NCBI GenBank assembly: GCA_002189035.1
Contig: NEEC01000017.1
Span: 558,001 to 622,000 of the forward strand
DNA length: 64,000 nt
Reading direction: 5' to 3'
DNA from: Utricularia gibba
Lineage: Eukaryota > Plantae > Magnoliophyta
The notes beneath the pieces were generated by a model that saw only the letters and a list, made by a program, of their open reading frames with translations, was not told the DNA's origin and searched no databases. This document shows positions 13,432 through 25,022 of this stretch, one piece after another (within the stretch, counting starts at the first letter, position 1; each line of letters starts with the position of its first letter). The position numbers and the translations under genes were made by a program.

Positions 13432-14298
13432 TTAGAAGCCTCCACCGCCGGAGCCGGAGCCGACACCGACGCCTTGTCCGGAGCCGCCTCCCACACCTAT
13501 CCCTACACCGATCCCCACGCCGATGCCCACCCCGCCGCCACCAATTCCACGTCCAACTCCAAATCCGCCGCCTGTGCCTCCCCCGAAACCGGCTCCACCA
13601 CCAAACCCGCTTCCACTACCTCCACCTGCGCCTCCGCCTCCGCCTCCACCGCCGCCACCTCCTCCACCGGCTCCTCCGAAACCTCCACCGGCGCCGAATC
13701 CACTTCCAGAGCCTCCACCTCCGCCACCGCCACCACCACCTCCTCCTCCTCCTCCTCCACCTGCACCGCCGATACCTCCACCGGCACCAAATCCGCTTCC
13801 TTGTCCATATCCTCCTCCGGAACCTCCACCTCCACCGCCGCCACCTCCACCGCCTCCTCCTCCACCGCCTATGCCTCCTCCAGCTCCAAATCCGCTTCCT
13901 TGTCCATATCCTCCTCCACCACCGCCGCCACCACCACCACCTCCTCCTCCGCCGCCTATGCCTCCCCCAGCACCATATCCGCCTCCTTGTCCATATCCTC
14001 CTCGAGGACCTCCACCATCGTCACCATCCCATAGCCGCCCCGGGGGCCTCTATTGTAGCCGTCATCTCGTCCACCCCATCCTCCACGGTACCCACCCAAC
14101 GCCGCCGTCCACCCCAACCTCCACCGTAGCTACCCCAATGCCGCCGTCCGCCCCATCCCGGGCCACGATCATCCCAATCATCACCATCCTCCATTGATCA
14201 GGGCGTATCCCATCTCCCAAACTACAGACACTCAAAGTTAGCCCCACAATGAGAAGTAACGCCAGAGAGCAGATACGTCGCTGTGAGAAACAACCCAT
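13432..14298 (-). CDS. G2: secreted glycine-rich protein with Trp/Asp/Arg/Tyr-rich head (about 289 aa after restoring three 1-bp G deletions)
   Basis: Signal peptide MGCFSQRRICSLALLLIVGLTLSVCSLG; restored head DQWRDGDDWDDRGPGWGGRRHWGSYGGGWGGRRRWGGYRGG; GYGQGSGFG repeats; GVGIGVGIG tail; stop TAA 13432-13434; TATA near 14355. Confidence 0.75.
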
Positions 14299-15299
14299 GA
14301 TTGCTTCGCTTCGCTTCACTCACCACTGTATGCCACTCTGCTCCCATTGCAGAGAATTTATAGCTCATCATAGGAAAGACCCAGCCAATGACGCGTTTGA
14401 GTGGATGGGAAGTAGCATTTATTGCTGACGAACTCGAAATGCAGGGCAAAGTCAAAACGCTGCCCCACCCCTACAAAACTTCAACTCCTGCAGGACATTT
14501 AAAAAACACCAAATCAAATTAAATAATTGTTTCGAGTCGGAGACAACTCCACTGACAGCAGAATCCATCTTCTGTTAATCTTCTTACACCTCTCTGAGTT
14601 ACTACAAAAATGTCTAAAACGAAATAGGGAAAGGCCTTGTTTTGTTCATCTGATACTTCATTACTGAACAATCAATCGACAACCCACTCTGTCCCTAAAA
14701 AAAAAAAGAACTCAACAGTGTAACTATTTGATACTTGCTGACTTTCATTGGGCGTTGAAAAAGCCAGTTCAACATGTGCTGACCGGTTCAACAAGAACAA
14801 GTGATCAATCCATGAAATGACAGAGAGAGACATTACATTTATCCACAGCCACAACTCTCGACCTAATTGTTGCCCACTTGCCGTTCCTCTTGTAGTGTTT
14901 CAAACGGGTGAGCCCACACACACACCTTCCGATGGGATTAAGAGCCATCCTTATGGAAAAATAGAGAGAATTCAGAACTCATGGAGCTGTTTAGGGAGAA
15001 CTGGGAAGCATGAATCATTCTATTCTATTTGGAGATTCTGACAGGCGAAGTGATTATTCTAGCAGTGCAGTCTAATGCAAAACCGATGTCTCAAGAACTT
15101 TCAACCGTAGGCTATTCAATAGTTTCATTGATCCGCAGTGATTATCATCAGTTGGACACAGGATAAATATTTGTAGAGTGGGACAGCAAATACAGTTTAG
15201 CGCTAGGGCTTATAAATAACATATACCAACACTCTTTTCAATTTATGTGAAGCTTATTTTCGTGTGTAATAACATATGTTAATGCCCCATGAGTGCGTC

Positions 15300-17569
15300 A
15301 TTATGGTAATAAGATATATTATTATCCTAAATGGTCAAAAACACATTGGAGATGGCACAAATTGTGGCATAGATGCGATCTCTCCGGTAAGATGGCCGTA
15401 GAACCCTTTATTTCTACAAGAGCAATCGCCATTTCTTTCCAAAGGTGATATTTGATGTGGTTAAGTCTTTGAGGGTGATAAATTTGGACTTATTAATGGA
15501 ATTTGCACTTCATTTCGAGAGATGGGAGGGGTGAACCCAACCAAAGAAGAAAATCAGTCGACAAGGACGAATCAGTCGTCCCTCCGATGCCTACCAGATG
15601 GAATTTGCACTTCATTTCAATTCACACAGCAAGTGTAGTTTCAAGAGGAAAAAATAGAAGAGAAGACCCTAATACTTTTGGTGGAGACTGGAGATCCTCA
15701 AATCTTGCCTCCGGTCTGGTAAGGATCTGCAAATGAAGAACCTATAGTTATTGCTCTTCCATTTTTCGCATATCATCATTTGAATAATCATTTTTTAGCG
15801 AATAAGTCTTAATCCTTTCCACAGTCGTGTCTTGAAAATCACATGTAGGAATAGGATAACTTAGATCACTATGTAACTTTCCAGATTAGGGTTTATGATA
15901 TGGTTCAACTTACCAACACTTTATTTGTTTTTCGATGATGTGAAGCTTCTTATATTATTACCCAATGAGGAAAGTACACTGTTTGTTGCGATAAGCATCG
16001 TATCAATGTCCTCCGCCGCCACCTGACCCGCTGCCAACTCCGACACCCCGAGCACCACCACCTACGCCTACGCCAACTCCAACACCGACGCCCACTCCTA
16101 CTCCGATCCCATGTCCACCTCCACCGATCCCACCACCGGCACCGGCGCCGATTCCTCCGCCAGCTCCGAATCCGCCGCCACTACCTGCACCGGCACCGAA
16201 TCCACTGCCTTGCCCGAATCCCCCACCTGGGCCTCCACCACCGCTTCCACCTCCGCCACCTCCCCCGGCACCGAATCCCCCACCAGGGCCACCACTTCCG
16301 ACACCTGCACCAAACCCGCTGCCTTGGCCGAATCCTCCACCGGGGCCTCCGCCACCGCTTCCACTTCCGCCTCCTCCGCCGGCACCGAATCCGCCACCAG
16401 GGCCACCACTGCCAACACCTGCACCAAACCCGCTACCTTGACCGAATCCTCCACCCGGGCCTCCACCACCGCTTCCACCTCCGCCTCCTCCCCCGGCCCC
16501 GAATCCTCCACCAGGGCCACCGCTGCCTATTCCTGCACCGAATCCGCTACCTTGCCCGAATCCCCCTCTCGGACCCCCACCGCCGCCCCCACTTCCACCA
16601 CCACCACCAGCTCCAAAGCCACTCCCTGCCCTTCTCCCCCAGTCAGACTGTCCGAAACAGTTTGCACTCAAACTCAGTCCCAGAATTAGAAGGAGCCCCA
16701 GGGCAGATTGCCATCTTCTCGAGAAACCCATTTCCAAACACACTCACTCCACTCCGCTTGCCGATATGCCTCCAAAAGAGAGTTATTTATAGCCCACATC
16801 CGCGACGCAAAAAGATAAGGTAAAAATGGCTTTACTCTCTGGGAAGTAGCATTCAACGAGGCCACATTAGGGATAGTCAACCTGGCCTTCTCCACCAATC
16901 TGAACCCAAGACTCCAAACACAAGAAAAGAATGTGAACGCCGAGAAACTCAGATACAATACATAGATGTAGCGTATTAAATCATTGCCGACATTTTGCAT
17001 ACAACACTCAAGTTGACTTCGCCCACGAATATGTATAGTCAATTTGGCGACTGAATCAAGAAAACTGTCGTTAGTGCAATAAAATATAAAATATCAATAG
17101 GGACTTAAGAGTGTTTTAAAAACCAAATAGCAAATATATGGTACATTTTTTATCACCCCAAAACCCATAGGCATACCTACAATATCTATTAAAACAAATA
17201 AGCTCATATTAAAATTTAAATGTGAAATAATCAAGTATATAAAAATATTAATAATTGAATAAACTTATTTTTCTAATATAATTTATGTTTATTATGTATT
17301 TAAATTTTATATGTATTCGTTTGATTTATCGTATTCTGAATTTCAACAATATACTTAGGTGGATGTAAGCGTTGCGTATCGCACAACGTTCATTTTCAAT
17401 TAGCTTGGGCTAATGTGTGTGTATGACATTTTCTTTACTTCTTCCATGAAGTAAAACACACTTTCGTGTCTCGTAACTTGGTACCACACGTAACCGGTGA
17501 GGAATTCCGGAGGGCTGATTACTGGGCCTTGACGCATTACTCGCTTGAATACAGTTTGAAAGTGAGACG
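15300..17569. repeat. Segmental duplication copy 1 (2.27 kb, contains G3)
   Basis: Colinear with 25023-27396 from ATTATG(G/A)TAATAA to GTGAGACG, including gene, promoter and both flanks. Confidence 0.95.
16003..16731 (-). CDS. G3: intact secreted glycine-rich protein, 242 aa
   Basis: Open frame MGFSRRWQSALGLLLILGLSLSANCFG-QSDWGRR, four GQGSGFG units at 114-bp spacing, (GV)n tail, stop TGA; TATA (CTATAAATA) near 16781-16789. Confidence 0.92.
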   Translation of the reverse strand: MGFSRRWQSALGLLLILGLSLSANCFGQSDWGRRAGSGFGAGGGGGSGGGGGGPRGGFGQGSGFGAGIGSGGPGGGFGAGGGGGGGSGGGGPGGGFGQGSGFGAGVGSGGPGGGFGAGGGGGSGSGGGGPGGGFGQGSGFGAGVGSGGPGGGFGAGGGGGGGSGGGGPGGGFGQGSGFGAGAGSGGGFGAGGGIGAGAGGGIGGGGHGIGVGVGVGVGVGVGVGGGARGVGVGSGSGGGGGH

Positions 17570-17652
17570 TAAAAGTGATATCGAGGGATTTACGGGTATA
17601 TGAAGTTTGAAGAGCAAGGGCATGATGAGCATAAGAAATGTTATTTGTCACT

Positions 17653-18272
17653 TGTATTGAGTTTATGTTGCAGATTTGCACAAGAAGAAAGACTGCAAGT
17701 AGTAGGATATATGTATAAAACAGTTATGAGAGATTAAACCGAGTCAGCCATGGATAGTGTGATATGATGATTTCCCTTTTCACGTCAGGCTCACCATAAA
17801 AGCGATATTGAGGGATTTACGGGTATATGAAGTGTGAAGAGCAAGGGCGTGATGAGCATAAGAAATGTTATTTGTCACTTGTAAGTAACTTACATTCTTC
17901 AATGTACATGAGGTATATAGACTCAAAAAATTAGCCGTTACTAAATAGATAATGTATTCTTGCCGTTGTTACCATCATTTTTTTCTAATCCTCTTGCGCA
18001 TAGGTCGGTTGCTTGTTCAGACCTACAAGCTGAGTGAGCATGGACTTGGGTCATCTCCTTGTGTGCCGTCTCCTTAGTATTTGATCCATATTTGCTATAA
18101 GCCCATTTCATGGAATTAGGATCAAAGATGATGAGGCCCATGTCTTTGTTATGTCTTCTCTTTACTTTCTTAGCAGCAGAAGCGTTCCTACGTGATCCCC
18201 TAGAGTTCTCAGTTTCTGCATCAGCTTTATTCTCACACAATTCATTCTTCAATTCATCGTGATCAACCTTCA
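17653..18272 (-). repeat. 3' LTR (about 620 bp), with an extra 87-bp LTR fragment at 17570-17656 beyond its end
   Basis: Begins TGAAGG immediately after the PPT; aligns to 24447-25021 with about 11 mismatches in the first ~200 aligned bases (counted by eye). 17570-17656 duplicates 17798-17883. Confidence 0.85.
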
Positions 18273-18615
18273 TTCCTCCTTGAGGGTGAGGCTGAGGTAA
18301 AATCGCATACTCTGTAGGATTGTGACGTAACCCTAACAATTCCCTAATTTGGGAGAATTGCTTCGAAAATAGGATTTCGTGAGGATGTTTGCGACTTTCT
18401 TCTCTGATGGTAGATACTCTAGCTTGATGCATCCTTATTTGATATAATCTCTCAAAACATGATATTTGATTCTAATATGCTTGGTTTTACCAAACATTAC
18501 CGGATCCTATGTGATGCTTATAGCTCACTTGTTGTCAATCCTTAAGATGAGTGGTCTCTGTATTTTACTTTCAAGTTTTCACATAAGTCATTGAGCATGA
18601 TTAGCAGCGGAAGCT

Positions 18616-19821
18616 TGATGAACGTTAGAATGAGTTGCTAAATGTCGCAGTTTAGCACATTCAACGCATCAAAAGAAATTTATAAACCTAGTTATTCTAC
18701 TACACAAATCACATGAATTAATGTAGTGTGGCAAGTAAGGGTCGAATCCACAAGAAATAGTTGTAATTTCTTGAAGTTCATTGCATTTATTGAAAATAGG
18801 GGGTTTTCTGGGGTTTAGTTCTAACGTGGGTAAGATCTAAAATAACAATAACTGGAATAAACAAGTTGCAGGGGTGAAAAGGGATTAAAATTAAAGTGAA
18901 GGTAGAAAACATAAAATAAAAGTAATTTGGTTGGGTTTTACACCAGAGTCTGGCTCTTGTGTCACTCAAGAGAGCCCATAGGCTTAAACCTAGTTTTGGA
19001 ACGCTTAAAAACAGAGTAATAGTTTGCAGAAACAGAGCATGGTTCGCAGGAACAATAAAAGCGCGTTAAACTTAAAGGCAAACATGAAAAGCTTAATCAA
19101 GAACATGGTTAAACGTAGAAATAAGGTCTACAGAGGATTTATCGCTCACAATAAGGTGCAAGAACATAATAGAAAGCATGTAAACGTTGAAGGAAACAGC
19201 AGCTATTTGTCAACGAAATAGAAGTGCAGAAAATAAAAAATGAAGTGTCTAGCGGTTGCTCTCAGCTATAGATCTGCTGGAAATCAAGTTTCTAGGTGGA
19301 AAGATGGTGTAAACTCGTAGATCTAGAGGTCGCCGGAGAAATGAAGTTTCTCCTTGCTCCCGCTCGCTTCTGTTCGCTTTCTGTGCACTCTGCGTGCACA
19401 GTGTACCCCCGTTTCTCTCTCCCTTCCTTTTTCCCTTTTGGTGCTCAAACGTAAGGGCAGCTTGGTCTTTTACTCAGGCTTCTAGAATGGAGATCCCTTC
19501 TCCATATCTTATCTCTTCAGAAGGGCAGCTACTTTCGGCGGAAAGTGACTTTTGCACAGCTTTTCTGTCTCTTCTGACTTGTCAACGCAGAAAGTGCACT
19601 GCTACAGTACTAGCTCTTACCCTGGTAAGACTTAAAACATAGACTAGACAAAATATTAGAGTTTTCGGCTCAATTGTTGCCAATTGAGACTGTTTTCACA
19701 ATAAACATATCTCAACAGTCTAAATATGCAAAAGAAGACATTTTAGCACCCTAAGCAACATTTAACCCTACAAAACACACTTAAAAACATATATAAAAAC
19801 ACAATTAAAACGGTGTTATCA
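18616..19821 (-). mobile_element. Solo LTR (1206 bp), Gypsy/Athila-like, inserted in the copia RNase H
   Basis: Termini TGATGAAC...GTGTTATCA; perfect 5-bp TSD AAGCT at 18611-18615 and 19822-19826; RNase H rejoins across it (EAEYVAG/ASAANHAQ). The Athila call rests on the TGATAAC terminus and a GGGTCGAATCCAC motif and is inference. Confidence 0.9.
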
Positions 19822-22453
19822 AAGCTCCCGCAACATATTCGGCTTCAGGAGAGGATTGAGCCACTAAATCTTTTTTCCTGTTGTTCCAGCAAACGCTGCT
19901 GAACCTAAGGTAAATAGGTACCCGGTAGTGGATCTTAAATCCATTTCATCCCCTATGAAATCAGAATCTACAAACCTTTCGAGAATAGGGTTAGTATGCT
20001 TTTGAAAGTAAAGACCTAAAGATTTTGTGGAGTTCAAGTATCTGAAAATCTGTCTGGCGATTTTGAGATGCAGGGTGAGGGGTCTGTGCATGAAGCGAGA
20101 CAAGAACGTTACCACAAAGGTGATATCATGTCGGGTTGTCGTAAGATATCATAGGGCTCCAACGATTTTCTGATATTCATGCATATTTTCAGCATTAGCT
20201 TCATCAGTTTGGTCGTGAGACTTATTTGAATGTTCTTTCTTTGACAACAGATTTGCTTTGAGCTTCAGGTACAGTGTGAACGGAGTGGCTGCCTCACTGA
20301 CGTGCATCATGTCATATCTGGTGAGTATGTCTTCAGTGTATTTTTGTTGGCTGAGGAACATATAGTCTTTGGATTGTATGATTTCTAGACCAAGGATATA
20401 CTGTGCCAGACCCAAGTCTGATAGATCAAATCATTCTTTGAGTTTTAGCTTTTGCTCCAAAATCATGGTTTCATTGTCTCCTGTAAGTAGAATGTCATCC
20501 ACATAGAAAGTGACAATGATTCTGCCAATATTAGACTCAAGTATGTATAATGTAGTATCATTTTGCTGTGTTGATAGCCAAGTTGTGTGAAATATTCATC
20601 AATTGTGGCATACCATTCCTTAGGCACTTGTTTGGGACCATATAAGGCCTTTTGAAGTTTGAGTACCTTGTGATCTCCATTTTTCATAGTGAAGCCAGGA
20701 TGTGGGAGTACATAGACATCTTCCTTTAGGGTCCCGTTTAGGAAGGCGTTTTTTACATCCAAATGATATAAGTTCCATCCTTGGCTAGCGGCATATGCGA
20801 TGACTCACTTGATGGTGTCTAATTTGGCCACCGGTGAAGGTATCCCAATAGTCAAGTCCCTCCTTTTGGAGATACCCCTTCGCAACTAACCATGATTTTA
20901 GTTTATTCATAGTGCCATCAGGATTGAGTTTGATCCTATATACCCATTTGAGGCCAATAGGCTTGACGTGAGCAGGTTTGTCCACCACTATCCATACTTG
21001 ATGTTTTTCAATAGCAGTTAACTCATTTTCCATGGACTCTTTCCATGCAGGATTTCGCAAGGCTTCATAAGGGCCTAGAGGTTCATGCATGAGGATACCT
21101 CGATCATAAATTTCATGAAGGGAGTCATACCCTCTGACAAGTTCCTCATCTAGATTTTGATCGGGGTTGTTGGATTGGAAATGAGGTATGTAACTGTCTT
21201 TCCCTGTTTCAAGTGCAAAACTGATGTCTGGTTCAGAGTTGTTTGAAGAATGCCTTGATGGTGAATGATCTTGGATTCTCATTGAATGCGTATTATTCTC
21301 GTTTTCCTCCTGAGTAGTTGTATCTTTAGATTCATAACTAGTGCTGTCATTGATATCGTCAGAGGAATTTTGCAGAATCTCATTGAGAGAATTGAGGTTT
21401 GGCTCCTGCTAGTATAAGTGACTATCTCGTTGTAGAACCTCATGTGTTGCTGTGCCTCCAATATTATCTGCCTCGATATTATCTTCATGATTAGTGACAT
21501 CAGTATCATGTTGTGCCTCCAGGATGCCAAAGAAGTCTTGACCTATGGGAAATCTAGATATTTCATCTGGAAATAATAAGTTTATTTGTTGATGATATAT
21601 GGATGAAGAGGTCTCTAGTGTCTGTTGCTTGGTTTCCCAGTCAAAGAATCGAGAATCATCCACAACTACATCAATACTTCGTTGGGTGACAATCCGGTTG
21701 ATGGTAGGAACATATATCCTATATATTTGGGGTACTTTCAGAGTATCCCAAGAAAATTCCAATCTGTGAATGATTTTCTAGTTTAGTCCTTTGCTCCTTT
21801 GAGATGAATACATAGCTCAAGGATCCAAATACTTTCAAGTGTTCCAAATTCGGTGCACTACCATACCACATTTCATATGGGGTTTTTCCTCCAGGTACAC
21901 CTTTGGTAGGCAGGCGGTTGAGGAGAAAAATAAAAGTATGAACAGCTTCTCTCCAGAAGTGATGGGTAACTTATGATCTAGCATGAGGCATCGAGCCATG
22001 TTCATAATAGTTCGGTTTTTTCGTTCACTGATGCCATTCTGTTATGGAGTGTAGGGAACGTTGAAGCGATGCACAATACCATTCTCGGTGCAGAGGTTCT
22101 CTATATCCTTTGACTTGTATTCCTCACCATTGTCGGTATGAAGAGTAATAATCTTAATGTTGCTTTGAGTCTCTGCTAGCACCTTGAAGGTCTTGAAATA
22201 ATTCGTTGCTTTAGATTTATGTTTGAGGAAATAGGCCCAAGTGTACTTGGAAGAATCTTCTGTGAAAATGATATAGTACCTGTTTCCTCCTAGTGTGTTG
22301 ACACGCATAGGACCACAAATGTCGCTGGTGACCAGCTGAAGTTTTGCCTCTGATATTGCTGGTCTTCGTTTAAACAAACTCCTGCTCATTTTTCCTAGCA
22401 AGCAGGTGCTGCAAGGCTCAAAGCATGGGTGCAGTTCGGGTATGCCTGATATT

Positions 22454-23012
22454 TAGGGATGAAAGTTAAAGTCAAGCCCATGGACCGGCCCGGCCTGGCC
22501 CTAAAAAACATCGGGCTAGGGCCTATACATTAATGACCTGAAAGATTGTCGGGCTTTTTAGCCTGAAGCCCTAAGCCCTAAGGGCTGATTGGGCTTCAGG
22601 CCTTAAAGCCCGACGAGCCTAGGGTCAATTTAAAAATAGAATTTTTATATATAATAATTATAATTATTTTTAATTTTGAATAATTTAAATTCATTTTATA
22701 TATACTATTTTATTTTAAATATAAATAATTTGAATTAATAATTTATATAATAATTTTAAATTTTTTTCTATAAATTATTTAAATAATATTAAAATATATA
22801 TTAATGTTTACTATTTTTAAAAAAAATTTTATTGATTATATGGTAAGCCCGTGGGCCGGATAAGGCCAGCCCGACCCTATGAATAATCAGGCTAGGGCCA
22901 CGTTAATCTTATTTTTATGTGATCGGGCTTTAGCCTGACCCTAGCCCGAAACTTAGCGAGGCCCTCTGAAATAGGGTTGGCCTAGCCCGGCCTTACCCAA
23001 CTTTCATCTCTA
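22454..23012. mobile_element. Non-autonomous hAT element / MITE (559 bp) nested in the copia pre-integrase region
   Basis: 14-bp TIRs TAGGGATGAAAGTT / AACTTTCATCTCTA (1 mismatch); 8-bp TSD CTGATATT (22446-22453) / CTGATACT (23013-23020); GGGCC/GGCCC-rich subterminal repeats around an AT-rich core. Confidence 0.92.
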
Positions 23013-24446
23013 CTGATACTGTACCCTGAGATTTTGTTTTTACTACTGCAGTATCTGGAACTACAAAACTGAGTAGCTCGTTAGTGTGAAGACAATTAAC
23101 AGGAAAGAGTCGATTTACCATTTGAACTTTGAACACAAGGTTTTGATTGTGATCAATCAGCATGCAAGTACAGTCTTCCAGGTGTATCTTGTATCTTTTT
23201 TCGATGAATTGACTAGCACTTAATAGATTGTGTGATGCACCAGGGACATAGAAGACCTCAATGAGCTTGAGAAGGCACTAGTTAGTTTCAATACATACTG
23301 ACCCAATCCCATGAACAGAGATGGATGTTCCATCGGCAATAAGCAAGGTTTTCCCAGATATTGTTGTATAGGAAGTAAATATCAACAGTTCATTTGTTAG
23401 GTGGTTGCTGCAAGCACAATCCATAAGCCGGGTGACTTTATGCCTACGGTCTTTTATTTCTGTTAGTATAGATTTGCTGCATATCGAGTAGATAGGAATT
23501 TTTGGAGTCTTATTTGCGTCATCAATGGATACATCTTGTAGTTTGGCTAGAACGTTTTCAACGTTAGCAGTGGATGTATGAGAGTTCTTGCTTGGTTGAT
23601 TTTTCTTGGTAGGGCAGACTCTCCACATGACCTTTGGTGGAGCACAAGGTGCAATATGCTTATGGATTCCAATAGCAGCTGACCGGAGGATGATTCTTCT
23701 GAGCACAGTATGGGCAAGGTGAAAAGGCCCTTTTTTTCCTTCTTTGCATGTTGGAAGGTGGGAGCAGAATATGGTAGGTAACTTCCCTCATATCTTGGCA
23801 GGTTTGAGGTAAGTGTTGCCTTGAAAGCCTTGTCTTGAGCTTCTTCTTCGTTCCTGCTCTTTCTTCGGCTCTCCACATTTTTGAGATGGTTTAACAATTG
23901 CTGCAGAGTTAAGGTTTCGAGAAACCCAGTGGCATCGAGCGATTCGATTTCAGTGTCAAACTCTGTTGGGGCACTGTGGATGACATGTGCTTTTAACTTC
24001 TGTTCTTCATGGTTGTCGACAACTTCGCCTAACCGTTTTAACTTCTCCAGGTTTTTCAGAAGTTGCTCAGCACTGGATGCGACCTTGCCATCTCTAATCC
24101 GAAAGTTGTAAACTTGGTTCCACATGAGTTGAATTTCCCGCTTTCTGACTTCCTTTTTTTCTTCATATAAATCTTGTAGTGTTAACTAGGCTTCTTTTGA
24201 TGATTTTTTTGTGATGCATCGATAGGTATCACCCATGACAGTACACACTAACACTGCTGAAGTTTGGATTTCCTTCTCCAGATATGCATGTTCAACAGCA
24301 GCTTTTTCTTTGGTTGTGCCTTCGAAGTGAGGATTTGAAACTATGAAGTTCCGCAGTCCATGTAACCGTAGGTAAATCTCCATTTTAGGAGCCCAGATGT
24401 CGTACTCCTTTCCATCAAATATGGGTGGAGAGATGTTTGTAACCGA

Positions 24447-25021
24447 TGTATTTGAGTTCATGTTGCAGATCTTCACAAGAAGAAAGACTGCAAGCAGTAG
24501 GATATATGTATAAAACAGTTGTGAGAGATCAAACCGAGTCAGCCATGAATAGTGTGATATGATGCTTTCCCTTTTCATGTCGGGTTCACCATAAAAGCGA
24601 TATTGAGGGATTTACGGGTATATGAAGTGTGAAGAGCAAGGGCGTGATAAGCATAAGAAATGTTATTTGTCACTTGTAAGTAACTTACATTCTTCAATGT
24701 ACATGAGGTATTTATAGGCTCAAAAAATTAGCTGTTACTAAATAATGATGTATTCTAGCCATTGTTACCATCATTGTTTTATGATCCTCTTGCGCATAGG
24801 TCGGTTGCTTGTTCAGACCTACAAGCTAAGTGAGCATGGACTTGGGCATCTCCTTGCATGCCGTCTCCTTAGTATTTGATCCATATTTTCTCTAAGTCCA
24901 TTTCATGGAATTAGGATCAAAGATGATGAGGCCCATGTCTCTATTATGTCTTATCTTCACTTTCTTAGCAGTAGCAGCGTTCCTCGCGATCCCTTAGAGT
25001 TCTCGACTTCTACATCAGCTT
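24447..25021 (-). repeat. 5' LTR, missing its outer ~45 bp
   Basis: Homologous to 17653-18227; homology stops at 25021 where duplicated host sequence begins. Confidence 0.85.
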
Positions 25022-25022
25022 G

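Larger units (their letters stand above)
17653..25021 (-). mobile_element. Near full-length degenerate Ty1/copia element with two LTRs and two nested insertions
   Basis: gag MNSNTSVTNISPPIFDGKEYDIWAPKMEIYL (ATG 24461), Zn knuckle CPYCAQKNHPPVSC, protease LMDCACSNHL, integrase LVTSDICGPM/TLHTDNGEEY, RT PIGLKWVYRIK/MDVKNAFLNG, RNase H FVDSDFIGD...AQSSPEAEYV...IDNK; PPT TCAAGGAGGAA at 18273-18283. Confidence 0.95.

Noticed and set aside
17941-18272. Independent protein encoded within the LTR
   Set aside because: The homologous 5' LTR has a frameshift in the same stretch and I recognise no domain.
24432-24446. Half-tRNA (GGTTATGAGCCC-type) primer site after the LTR
   Set aside because: Only GGTTA matches; too short to support.
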